DNA of 64,000 nucleotides from Macrostomum lignano (taxonomy: Eukaryota). The stretch is taken from NCBI GenBank assembly GCA_002269645.1, contig NIVC01000741.1, positions 323,206 to 387,205 of the forward strand, read 5' to 3'. Positions within the stretch are counted from its first letter, which is position 1. Each line of letters starts with the position of its first letter. The notes below the pieces were generated by a model. It was not told the DNA's origin, made no database searches, and saw nothing but the letters and a program-made list of their open reading frames with translations. Positions 26,080-38,066 of this stretch are shown piece by piece. The position numbers were made by a program, and so were the translations under genes.

Positions 26080-27723
26080 TCAGTTCTTCGCCGACAAGCC
26101 AGACCGGCAGTCGTGAGAGTCGATATACTTGGCCTTGACGCATCTGTTGCAGCGCTGGCAGTGCAGCCGGGCAGGCGGGTGCAGCGTGGCGCACGTGCCG
26201 CAGGCTGCACAATGCGGATTCCAGTGGGCCGAGTGGCGGGCGCAGACGGAGCACCAGCTGGTGCCGGGAGGCGGCGGCAGGCGGGACTCGGGCACGTTGG
26301 AGAACAGGCGGACGGCAGAGACCGAGGCGCTGCGCAGCTTGGCGTGATTGGCGTAACTCAGCTGGCAGTCGTGCAGGCTGAGCCGGGGGCGCAGCCACCG
26401 CTTGCCCAGGTAGTAGGGCGCCGCCACGGCTGTGAACACCTGTCGGGAATGCGGGGAGGGGTTGGCGCTCGGTTGCTGTGAATAGGACAGGTGAGACAGA
26501 TCTGATAGGACAGGTGAGACAGATCTGATAGGACAGGTGAGACAGATCTGATAGGACAGGTGAGACAGATCTGATAGGACAGGTGAGACAGATCTGATAG
26601 GACAGGTGAGACAGATCTGATAGGACAGGTGAGACCGATCTGATAGGACAGGTGAGACAGATCTGATAGGACAGGTGAGACAGATCTGATAGGACAGGTG
26701 AGACAGATCTGATAGGACAGGTGAGACAGATCTGATAGGACAGGTGAGACAGATCTGATAGGACAGGTGAGACAGATCTGATAGGACAGGTGAGACAGAT
26801 CTGATAGGACAGGTGAGACAGATCTGATAGGACAGGTGGGACAGATCTGATAGGACAGGTGGGACAGATCTGATAGGACAGGTGAGACAGATCTGATAGG
26901 ACAGGTGAGACAGATCTGATGTCAGGTGAAAACAAGAGTTGCCCACCTCGCAGTGGCCGGCAGCCGCGGCGAGATCTGCCAGGTGCTGCAGGCAGTCCAT
27001 CAAGGGGGTCAGCAGGCCGCCAAAGGGCGGGTCAGCCACAATGAGGCAGACGGAGTCCGAGCCCCGCTTGGCCGCCAGCCAGCTGACGAATCTGTCTCGC
27101 CCACCCGGTCGCAGAAACGCGGCGTTGAACATGTTGAAGGCCAGACAGTCGGGGAAGAATTCGGCCAGCCGCAGGTCGGCGTCAAGCAGGAGGCTGCGGC
27201 AGCGCCGGCCGCCGATTGCGTAGCGGGCAGCCTCGTGCAGGCGGGGGCAGCCGACGCAGACGAGCTGCCGGCAGCGGAGGCGGCGCACCAGGCGGAGCAG
27301 GTAGGCCAGGCTGGGCGGGGAGAAGAAGTACTGCGAGGACTGCCGGGTGGTGAGTGGCGGCAGGAAGACGGTGGGGGCCAGCAGGCGCCGCTTCGGTAGC
27401 CGCGGCAGCAGCTGGTGGGTGGCGCAGGCCGCCAGCTCGGAGCTGCCGAGTGCCAGCCGGCCGCAGTTCAGGCAGTAGGCGCGCAGCCGGCGCGGCGTGG
27501 CGAGGGCTTCGTCCAAGCGGCAGCAGTTCGGCGCTGACAAGGCGGAGGCCGCGCCGGACTTGGCCGAGCAGGCGCCAGGCCGCCTGGTGAAGGAGCAGCA
27601 GTGGCGCCGGGTGAATCGACCGGCGCCGTCGCGCAACACCAGGGCGAGCATGGGGCCGTGCAGCGGGCAGGCGGGCGCAGCCTCCTCAGCCGCATCAAGG
27701 CCACACTGCTGTATGGAGGCCAC
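26080..27723 (-). CDS. ZCCHC4: 28S rRNA m6A methyltransferase ZCCHC4; exons 27723 (start uncertain; alternatives 27756 or 27849)-26947, 26439-26080
   Basis: CPLHGP, YCLNC, SQYFFS, VCVGCPRLHE, SLLLDAD, FNMFN, DPPFGGL catalytic motif, YANH, VRLFSNVP, C-terminal Cys/His array (CSVC..NPHCAAC.TC..HCQRCNRCVK). Confidence 0.92.
   Translation of the reverse strand: MASIQQCGLDAAEEAAPACPLHGPMLALVLRDGAGRFTRRHCCSFTRRPGACSAKSGAASALSAPNCCRLDEALATPRRLRAYCLNCGRLALGSSELAACATHQLLPRLPKRRLLAPTVFLPPLTTRQSSQYFFSPPSLAYLLRLVRRLRCRQLVCVGCPRLHEAARYAIGGRRCRSLLLDADLRLAEFFPDCLAFNMFNAAFLRPGGRDRFVSWLAAKRGSDSVCLIVADPPFGGLLTPLMDCLQHLADLAAAAGHCEVGNSCFHLTSDLSHLSYQICLTCPIRSVPPVLSDLSHLSYQICLTCPIRSVSPVLSDLSHLSYQICLTCPIRSVSPVLSDLSHLSYQICLTCPIRSVSPVLSDRSHLSYQICLTCPIRSVSPVLSDLSHLSYQICLTCPIRSVSPVLSDLSHLSYSQQPSANPSPHSRQVFTAVAAPYYLGKRWLRPRLSLHDCQLSYANHAKLRSASVSAVRLFSNVPESRLPPPPGTSWCSVCARHSAHWNPHCAACGTCATLHPPARLHCQRCNRCVKAKYIDSHDCRSGLSAKN
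26482..26921. repeat. 23-bp minisatellite (GGACAGGTGAGACAGATCTGATA) in the ZCCHC4 intron
   Basis: About 19 near-perfect units. Confidence 0.96.
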
Positions 27724-28636
27724 CTGTAAAGCTGGGCGCCGATCTCGACTTCGCATGAGGATGGACTGCTGAAAATCGCGTGCCAGAATATTCGATGAGA
27801 TCGAGCCCAGGACCTCGGCAGGTGAATCTTGAGGCAAGATATGGGGCAACTATGAGCCAAGACAAAGCTGGAGACCGGGCAAAAAGGCCTCGAGAATCCG
27901 CAGGATTCGACTCGAGAGAGAGAAAGAGGAGGGAAGGACCTCTAAATATTGTATGGCCAAAATAGACATCGAACCAATGACCTCCTAAAACTAGTATTAG
28001 TAGGTATAGTATCGAGCTTTGACCTTTGACAATTCAATTGACAACATAAGAGTTCGAGCCTAGGACCCCTAGAATTGTATGCACAGACTAGAGATGGGAG
28101 CCAAAAGTAAAACAAAAAATACGAAAGAATTGGCAAAACCACAAGAACAAGCAATGTCTGCTTTTATTAAAGAAACAGTAAACTGACCATAATCGGCGAG
28201 AATGCATATGAAAATCACCGCCAGCCAGCAGGTGCCAACCGCACTGGCCGCTCAATATTACATTTGTCTGGGCGCACCTGGGCTCGATTAAGTTGAGCAT
28301 ACTACTGACAAGCCTGCACAAAATAGTAGTAACGTACTAAAGCAAACTCACTAGAGCTCCAAAAACTACCAAATCAAGAAAATAAATTCGCGTACTTCAG
28401 TTCCTAAGTTGGGAAATTGAAATTAGAAAGCGGTTGCACCAGAACCAGCAATTTCAACTGAGGAGCTTCGAAGTTAGCCCTTGAATAAAATTGGCGAAAC
28501 GTAAGCATTAGAAGGACTGCGATGGATAGTGGACAGGCGAATTACAAATGAGGGCGCATTAAACAATGAACACAGGTGGTCTGGGACCTTTTGTGCTCAG
28601 AAAATTTAACTTTGTATAAAGTTCACGATGTGACAA

Positions 28637-31600
28637 AGGATTTTGGAGTAACTGGGGCGACCTCAATGATGTAGCAGAGAGGATTCTGGAGTAACTGGGG
28701 CGACCTCAATGATGTAGCAGAGAGGATTCTGGAGTAACTGGGGCGACCTCAATGATGTAGCAGAGAGGATTCTGGAGTAACTGGGGCGACCTCAATGATG
28801 TAGCAGAGAGGATTCTGGAGTAACTGGGGCGACCTCAATGATGTAGCAGAGAGAATTCTGGAGTAACTGGGGCGACCTCAATGATGTAGCAGAGAGGATT
28901 CTGGAGTAACTGGGGCGACCTCAATGATGTAGCAGAGAGAATTCTGGAGTAACTGGGGCGACCTCAATGATGTAGCAGAGAGGATTCTGGAGTAACTGGG
29001 GCGACCTCAATGATGTAGCAGAGAGGATTCTGGAGTAACTGGGGAGATCTCCACGATGAGACAGAGGATTCTGGAGTAACTGGGGCGATCTACGTGATGT
29101 GGCGGATAGGATTCTGGAGTAACTGGGGCGACCTCAATGATGTAGCAGAGAGGATTCTGGTGTAACTGGGGAGATCTCCACGATGAGACAGAGGATTCTG
29201 GAGTAACTGGGGCGACCTCAATGATGTAGCAGAGAGGATTCTGGAGTAACTGGGGCGACCTCAATGATGTAGCAGAGAGGATTCTGGAGTAACTGGGGAG
29301 ATCTCCACGATGAGACAGATGATTCTGGAGTAACTGGGGCGATCTACGTGATGTGGCGGAGAGGATTCTGGAGTAGCTGGGGCGACCTCAATGATGTAGC
29401 AGAGAGGATTCTGGTGTAACTGGGGAGATCTCCACGATGAGACAGAGGATTCTGGAGTAACTGGGGCGACCTCAATGATGTAGCAGAGAGGATTCTGGTG
29501 TAACTGGGGAGATCTCCACGATGAGACAGAGGATTCTGGAGTAACTGGGGCGATCTACGTGATGTGGCGGATAGGATTCTGGAGTAACTGGGGCGACCTC
29601 AATGATGTAGCAGAGAGGATTCTGGTGTAACTGGGGAGATCTCCACGATGAGACAGAGGATTCTGGAGTAACTGGGGCGACCTCAATGATGTAGCAGAGA
29701 GGATTCTGGAGTAACTGGGGCGATCTACGTGATGTGGCGGATAGGATTCTGGAGTAACTGGGGCGACCTCAATGATGTAGCAGAGAGGATTCTGGTGTAA
29801 CTGGGGAGATCTCCACGATGAGACAGAGGATTCTGGAGTAACTGGGGCGACCTCAATGATGTAGCAGAGAGGATTCTGGAGTAGCTGGGGCGACCTCAAT
29901 GATGCAGCAGAGAGGATTCTGGTGTAACTGGGGAGATCTCCACGATGAGACAGAGGATTCTGGAGTAACTGGGGCGACCTCAATGATGTAGCAGAGAGGA
30001 TTCTGGAGTAACTGGGGCGACCTCAATGATGTAGCAGAGAGAATTCTGGAGTAACTGGGGCGACCTCAATGATGTAGCAGAGAGGATTCTGGAGTAACTG
30101 GGGCGACCTCAATGATGTAGCAGAGATGATTCTGGAGTAACTGGGGAGATCTCCACGATGAGACAGAGGATTCTGGAGTAACTGGGGCGATCTACGTGAT
30201 GTGGCGGATAGGATTCTGGAGTAACTGGGGCGACCTCAATGATGTAGCAGAGAGGATTCTGGTGTAACTGGGGAGATCTCCACGATGAGACAGAGGATTC
30301 TGGAGTAACTGGGGCGACCTCAATGATGTAGCAGAGAGGATTCTGGAGTAACTGGGGCGACCTCAATGATGTAGCAGAGAGGATTCTGGAGTAACTGGGG
30401 AGATCTCCACGATGAGACAGATGATTCTGGAGTAACTGGGGCGATCTACGTGATGTGGCGGAGAGGATTCTGGAGTAGCTGGGGCGACCTCAATGATGTA
30501 GCAGAGAGGATTCTGGTGTAACTGGGGAGATCTCCACGATGAGACAGAGGATTCTGGAGTAACTGGGGCGACCTCAATGATGTAGCAGAGAGGATTCTGG
30601 TGTAACTGGGGAGATCTCCACGATGAGACAGAGGATTCTGGAGTAACTGGGGCGATCTACGTGATGTGGCGGATAGGATTCTGGAGTAACTGGGGCGACC
30701 TCAATGATGTAGCAGAGAGGATTCTGGTGTAACTGGGGAGATCTCCACGATGAGACAGAGGATTCTGGAGTAACTGGGGCGACCTCAATGATGTAGCAGA
30801 GAGGATTCTGGAGTAACTGGGGCGATCTACGTGATGTGGCGGATAGGATTCTGGAGTAACTGGGGCGACCTCAATGATGTAGCAGAGAGGATTCTGGTGT
30901 AACTGGGGAGATCTCCACGATGAGACAGAGGATTCTGGAGTAACTGGGGCGACCTCAATGATGTAGCAGAGAGGATTCTGGAGTAGCTGGGGCGACCTCA
31001 ATGATGCAGCAGAGAGGATTCTGGTGTAACTGGGGAGATCTCCACGATGAGACAGAGGATTCTGGAGTAACTGGGGCGACCTCAATGATGTAGCAGAGAG
31101 GATTCTGGAGTAACTGGGGCGACCTCAATGATGTAGCAGAGAGAATTCTGGAGTAACTGGGGCGACCTCAATGATGTAGCAGAGAGGATTCTGGAGTAAC
31201 TGGGGCGACCTCAATGATGTAGCAGAGATGATTCTGGAGTAACTGGGGAGATCTCCACGATGAGACAGAGGATTCTGGAGTAACTGGGGCGATCTACGTG
31301 ATGTGGCGGATAGGATTCTGGAGTAACTGGGGCGACCTCAATGATGTAGCAGAGAGGATTCTGGTGTAACTGGGGAGATCTCCACGATGAGACAGAGGAT
31401 TCTGGAGTAACTGGGGCGACCTCAATGATGTAGCAGAGAGGATTCTGGAGTAACTGGGGCGACCTCAATGATGTAGCAGAGAGGATTCTGGAGTAACTGG
31501 GGAGATCTCCACGATGAGACAGATGATTCTGGAGTAACTGGGGCGATCTACGTGATGTGGCGGAGAGGATTCTGGAGTAGCTGGGGCGACCTCAATGATG

Positions 31601-33720
31601 TAGCAGAGAGGATTCTGGTGTAACTGGGGAGATCTCCACGATGAGACAGAGGATTCTGGAGTAACTGGGGCGACCTCAATGATGTAGCAGAGAGGATTCT
31701 GGTGTAACTGGGGAGATCTCCACGATGAGACAGAGGATTCTGGAGTAACTGGGGCGATCTACGTGATGTGGCGGATAGGATTCTGGAGTAACTGGGGCGA
31801 CCTCAATGATGTAGCAGAGAGGATTCTGGTGTAACTGGGGAGATCTCCACGATGAGACAGAGGATTCTGGAGTAACTGGGGCGACCTCAATGATGTAGCA
31901 GAGAGGATTCTGGAGTAACTGGGGCGATCTACGTGATGTGGCGGATAGGATTCTGGAGTAACTGGGGCGACCTCAATGATGTAGCAGAGAGGATTCTGGT
32001 GTAACTGGGGAGATCTCCACGATGAGACAGAGGATTCTGGAGTAACTGGGGCGACCTCAATGATGTAGCAGAGAGGATTCTGGAGTAGCTGGGGCGACCT
32101 CAATGATGCAGCAGAGAGGATTCTGGTGTAACTGGGGAGATCTCCACGATGAGACAGAGGATTCTGGAGTAACTGGGGCGACCTCAATGATGTAGCAGAG
32201 AGGATTCTGGAGTAACTGGGGCGACCTCAATGATGTAGCAGAGAGGATTCTGGTGTAACTGGGGAGATCTCCACGATGAGACAGATGATTCTGGAGTAAC
32301 TGGGGCGATCTACGTGATGTGGCGGAGAGGATTCTGGAGTAGCTGGGGCGACCTCAATGATGTAGCAGAGAGGATTCTGGTGTAACTGGGGAGATCTCCA
32401 CGATGAGACAGAGGATTCTGGAGTAACTGGGGCGACCTCAATGATGTAGCAGAGAGGATTCTGGTGTAACTAGGGAGATCTCCACGATGAGACAGATGAT
32501 TCTGGAGTAACTGGGGCGATCTACGTGATGTGGCGGAGAGGATTCTGGAGTAGCTGGGGCGACCTCAATGATGTAGCAGAGAGGATTCTGGTGTAACTAA
32601 GGAGATCTCCACGATGAGACAGATGATTCTGGAGTAACTGGGGCGACCTCAATGATGTAGCAGAGAGGATTCTGGTGTAACTGGGGAGATCTCCACGATG
32701 AGACAGAGGATTCTGGAGTAACTGGGGCTACCTCAATGATGTAGCAGAGAGGATTCTGGCGTAACTGGGGCGACCTCAATGATGTAGCAGAGAGGATTCT
32801 GATGTAACTGGGGAGATCTCCACGATGAGACAGAGGATTCTGGAGTAACTGGGGCGATCTACGTGATGTGGCGGATAGGATTCTGGAGTAACTGGGGCGA
32901 CCTCAATGATGTAGCAGAGAGGATTCTGGTGTAACTGGGGAGATCTCCACGATGAGACAGAGGATTCTGGAGTAACTGGGGCGACCTCAATGATGTAGCA
33001 GAGAGGATTCTGGAGTAACTGGGGCGATCTACGTGATGTGGCGGATAGGATTCTGGAGTAACTGGGGCGACCTCAATGATGTAGCAGAGAGGATTCTGGT
33101 GTAACTGGGGAGATCTCCACGATGAGACAGATGATTCTGGAGTAACTGGGGCGATCTACGTGATGTGGCGGAGAGGATTCTGGAGTAGCTGGGGCGACCT
33201 CAATGATGTAGCAGAGAGGATTCTGGTGTAACTGGGGAGATCTCCACGATGAGACAGAGGATTCTGGAGTAACTGGGGCGACCTCAATGATGTAGCAGAG
33301 AGGATTCTGGTGTAACTAGGGAGATCTCCACGATGAGACAGATGATTCTGGAGTAACTGGGGCGATCTACGTGATGTGGCGGAGAGGATTCTGGAGTAGC
33401 TGGGGCGACCTCAATGATGTAGCAGAGAGGATTCTGGTGTAACTAGGGAGATCTCCACGATGAGACAGATGATTCTGGAGTAACTGGGGCGATCTACGTG
33501 ATGTGGCGGAGAGGATTCTGGAGTAACTGGGGCGACCTCAATGATGTAGCAGAGAGGATTCTGGAGTAGCTGGGGCGACCTCAATGATGCAGCAGAGAGG
33601 ATTCTGGTGTAACTGGGGAGATCTCCACGATGAGACAGAGGATTCTGGAGTAACTGGCGCGATCTACGTGATATGGCGGAGAGGATTCTGGAGTAACTGG
33701 GGCGATCTCCGTGATGTGGG
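28637..33720. repeat. 5.1-kb satellite of related 43/41/43-bp monomers with a 1102-bp higher-order repeat
   Basis: Monomers share AGGATTCTGGAGTAACTGGGG and end in CGACCTCAATGATGTAGCAGAG (A), AGATCTCCACGATGAGACAG (B) or CGATCTACGTGATGTGGCGGAT (C). Identical ORFs recur at 29007/30109/31211 and 29555/30657/31759. Confidence 0.96.
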
Positions 33721-34044
33721 ATTTGAGCAGAAAGCGGTTCTGTCACAAGCGCAGCAGGCAGCATTCGCCAGAGCGCTTAAATCGTTACTGTTTGGCCCCT
33801 GAAGTAGGCAAAGGGTAGCGGCAGCCAGTCAAAGTGTAATTATGCCTAGCGAATAGAGACCAGAGTTTATCTCGGGCAGTGTTTTACAGCAGGGGGCGCG
33901 TACGCTATTAGAGAAAAAAAATAATTTACAGAGCGAACGGAACAGAATGATTACGCAACTGAAAGTAGATCTAAGGAACACAACTATGTAACAAGTAGAA
34001 AGCCTTCATTCGCGCATGCAGTTGAACCTTTGCAACTCTGCAAA

Positions 34045-35737
34045 TCAAGTACCAATAGTGGTTTGAATAGCCCGTACGTACTGGCAGGGCACCCAGTACA
34101 GCCAGTACATGGACTGCTCTGTGGTGCCCAGCTGCAGTCCGACAATGTGGTGCGCCTCCTGGCCTTCGATGGGCTCGCTGACTATCCGCTTGATTGACGA
34201 CATCGGGATCTTGTTGGTGCGCTCCTTAGTTCCGATCCACAGCTGGTCGATTTCCAGCTTGAATGTCAGGCGAACCTGCGGGCAGGCAGGCGGATGCTGG
34301 CGATTCTCGTGTTGGTGGGGGCGACTCTCATGTTTGGGGGGGGGGGCGATTCTCGTGTTGGTGGGGGCGACTCTCATGTTTGGGGGGGCGATTCTCGTGT
34401 TGGTGGGGGCGACTCTCATGTTTGGGGGGCGATTCTCGTGTTGGTGGGGCGATTCTCATGTTTGGGGGGGGGGGGCGATTCTCATGTTTGAGGGGGCGAT
34501 TCTCGTGTTGGTGGGGGCGACTCTCATGTTTGGGGGGGGGCGATTCTCGTGTTGGTGGGGGCGACTCTCATGTTTGGGGGGGGCGATTCTCGTGTTGGTG
34601 GGGGCGACTCTCATGTTTGGGGGGGCGATTCTCGTGTTGGTGGGGGCGATTCTCATGTTTGGGGGGGGGGCGATTCTCATGTTTGAGGGGGCGATTCTCG
34701 TGTTGGTGGGGGCGATTCTCGTGTTGGTGTGGGCGATTCTCGTGTTGGTGGGGGCGATTCTCATGTTTGGGGGGGGGCGATTCTCATGTTTGGGGAGGGC
34801 ATTCTCAGCATGGGGGGCATATTCATTTGGGGGGGAATTCTCATGTTTAGGGGGCGATTTTCATGTTTGGGGGGATTTTTATGTTTGGGAGGCGATTCTT
34901 ATGTTTGGGGGGGGGGGGTGTGATTCTCATTTTGAAGGGGCAATTATCATGCTGGTGGGACAACTCCAGTCTTAGTTGCAGTTCAGGTCAAACGGCCCCA
35001 AATACCTTGGCACCCTGTCGATTGTACATGCCACTAAGCGGGGCCGGGGGCAGCGGCAAGTTGGCATTGAGAATTCCGGGCGTCAGGTCGTCCGGCCGGC
35101 CGTACTTGTCCAGCACTCGGCGGTGCAGGTCGCGCTGCGACAGACGAACCGCGCCAGCGCCATCTGAGTTGCCTGGATTGTTCGCTTTCGACCTGCGGAC
35201 AAACGTTTGAGCGAAATTGCTCACCCGGACACAGACATCCCATCTCGGCCAGACCACAAGCAGACACCCCACCTCACACACGAGCTGAATCGCCTTATTC
35301 GCCTACCTGGCATCAGCCGCTTCGCCAGCCGCGTCCTGACGCCGTACCGACGCCAAGCTGTCCGGCGTGCTGCCCACGAGCATCAGCTTGGCACCGTCGC
35401 CGACCCCGAGCTCACTGAGTCGCCGATCGTCATGGCAGAGGCCTCTGAACATGAGCTTCTGCATGTCAACCGGAACGCCAGTCAATTCCTGAAGCTGCCG
35501 TTTCAGAGAGATGACCTTAGCCGAGACCGGCAAGGTCAGGTCAATCTTGCGCTTATTGAAGATGACCTTCAGTGACACTGGTGAGGAGTCTGCATCCGCT
35601 TCCAGTTCCGGTTCTGCGGCCGCTTCTTCTGCTGCCTCTTGAGTCGCTGATGAGCCCTCTGGTGCTGCCTCATCGCCATCTGCACAGATGGAAGTCTGCG
35701 GCTGCATCTCAGCAACTGTCGTGTGGTCTTCGCTCAT
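34045..35737 (-). CDS. UBFD1: Ubiquitin domain-containing protein UBFD1; exons 35737-35307, 35192-35006, 34275-34045
   Basis: UBL: LKVIFNK..LTGVPVDMQKLMFRGL..GAKLMLVGST. C-terminal domain: HRRVLDK..PLSGMYN..K|VRLTFKLE.DQLWIGTKERT..SEPIEG..YWLYWVP.QYV.AI. Intron phases 2 and 0 are compatible. Confidence 0.95.
34300..34920. repeat. G-run-containing ~21-bp minisatellite in UBFD1 intron 2
   Basis: Alternating GGGGCGATTCTCGTGTTGGTG and GGGGCGACTCTCATGTTTGGGG units, decaying towards 34920. Confidence 0.92.
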
Positions 35738-37258
35738 AGCTCTAGGTAACAGAAAAGTCAGAATTCAAATGTAATAGCCCACCCCAGCAATTTTGAGAAA
35801 GGCTACATATTGGAAAAAGAAAAAGGAACACTCAACTCAACATTTAAAAAACTATTATGAAGATTATTAGTCTATTTTTTATTTTACAAGCTCAAAGACC
35901 TGATACAGATTTTTATATTTTTTCATTTTCATTATCAATAAGTCCTTAAAATTTAACAAATGGCATCCCAACTGAGATTTAAAAATTCAAAATTCAAAAC
36001 TAGGCAATACTACCAGTTGAAAAATGAAATTAGTGTTTATACAAATTCATACATTGGCAAGAGCTTTGGCCCAAAACAAAAACATCACAAGGGATTCAAT
36101 AAACTGTTCCACTTTATAGACAAAATATCTAGACTTATTTTTGATATTATTTGAGTAAAAAATAGACAAAGTGAAAGTTTAAAGTCTTGAAATGAGCAAT
36201 ATAGCTGTGATCATGCTATATTAATTGAGTTTTTCTCTTTATATCTAAAGCTGAGTGGACTGGTCGATCGACCAGGTTTAACGCATATGTCCTCTTAGAT
36301 GGCTGCCAACTCAAATGCGGGACTTATATATATCAATGCAGAATTTTCCTATGCAACAAATAGGCTATTTTAATGTTGAATTTTTTAAATTAGGTAGGGT
36401 TGCTTGCTTAACAACAATTAAGTAGAGAAAACTCAAAATCAACATTTTAGTTCTGCCAATGCATTTTGACCACAATTGGTCATCTTCAAGGCAGACGCGT
36501 CAATTAATCACACAGAACCAAGTTATATATTTTATTTAAGAAATGAAGACTGTACAATGCCATGTGCAAATCAATTTTAGTCTAGTCCAGTTAACAAGAG
36601 AAAGAAAACCTAAATAAAGTTAACGAGACTGCCAATGTAGCTAAAACACATTGAGTTGGTAGCTTGCATCCCCCCATGGCTAACTGGCTGTTCCAATTTG
36701 GTTTCTGAGTAATTTTTTAAATTAAGTCTGTTAAAAAGCAGAAAACTGGTTTGTTAACCTTCTTTGGCCACTTTTCCTGCTCTGAACTGAAAATTTGCAA
36801 CAATTTTGAGCAATTGCGCCACAACTTTTTCCTATCTTGGCAGTGCATTTTTTCTCCAGTAGGGGTTTTGAGGAGTTCTAAATGGCTGCATTTGTACACT
36901 TGGACCCTTGCTAACTGGTGAAAAGTAAAATTCAATGCATAAACTTGCAAGCCTCTCACTGTAGCAAGCAGTGAATGTACACTAAAAAAAATTCAGTGCT
37001 TTAAACTGGGAAGTTCAAATGCAAACTGTTCCTTGAGTTTTAAACTTTCAAAGAAAAGACTTATATTGCTAGAAAGATCTTTCAATGGTGAGTTTGGGAA
37101 AATAAGTTTTTTTGCTTTAAGTATGAAAAATAAAAGCACAGCATTCAAAAAAATGATTTCCATACTTTTAACTTTCTACAAAGATTGTACTCATTTTGGG
37201 GTTGAATGGGGTTTCAACTGACCCCCACCAGTTGGGGGTTTCAATTTTTAATTGCTAT

Positions 37259-37800
37259 TTGATTGGCTAAACTAGAGAAATTTGTACTAGAGTGACCATA
37301 GTCACCTGGTGTCATCTGTTGAAAGAGCCAACAGTGTTGGGGTAATGACAAAATGCTTGAAAGACTAGCTGAGGATGTCCAACAGTTGAAGCCACTGTCA
37401 TCAACCCACTGTCAAGGCTTGATTGGCAAAACTATAGAAATTTGTATCAGGGTACTCATACAATAGTCACCTGGTATCATCTATTAAAGGAACCAACAGT
37501 GTTGGGGTAATGATGGAATGCTTATGCTCAAAAGACTAGCTGAGGATACCTAGTAGTTGAGGTTTGCCTACTATTGAGGCTTGATTAGCTAAACTAGAAA
37601 AATTCTTACCAGTGTCTATAGTTACCCAGTGTCATCTATTAAAGGAACCAACAATGTCAGGATAATGATAGAATACTCATGCTCAAGAGACTAGCTGAGG
37701 ATACTTAACAGTTGAGGTTTGCCCACTATCAAGGCTTGATTGGCAAAACTAAAGAAATTCGAATTAGGGTGTCTATAGGCACTTGGTACCACCTGATAAA
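37259..37800. repeat. Diverged ~160-bp tandem repeat, about 3.4 copies
   Basis: TTGATTGGCWAAACTAGAGAAATTT-like starts at ~37259, 37419, 37581, 37736. Confidence 0.75.
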
Positions 37801-37829
37801 GGTCTAGAAGCTCTACTTAGGTAAAGGCT

Positions 37830-38060
37830 ACTGACCAACAAAGTCAATGCTGATGCAGACACATTATCAATGTGCTGATAAAATTTGGAGGCTTGGCAAG
37901 GCTATACTGAGACATAGTGCTGATTGGCACACTGGGGTATATTGACTACACTAGTACGTGTTTATAGGAAAATCTAACTTGGCAGAATTGTTGAATATCT
38001 CAACAGTCTAGATGGCTGGCAACTTGATTCTTGTTTGAGAAGGTATATAACAAAAAGTTA
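37830..38060 (+). mobile_element. Possible highly decayed Gypsy pol fragment
   Basis: AAAGTCAATGCTGATGCAGACACATTATCA = KVNADADTLS resembles the RNase H-terminal PGK.N..AD.LS motif; no long ORF. Confidence 0.3.
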
Positions 38061-38066
38061 GCCTAA

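Noticed and set aside
28637-33720. CRISPR-like array (constant 21-bp core with variable tails)
   Set aside because: Only three related tail types recur in a higher-order pattern; no unique spacers, no cas genes, eukaryotic context.
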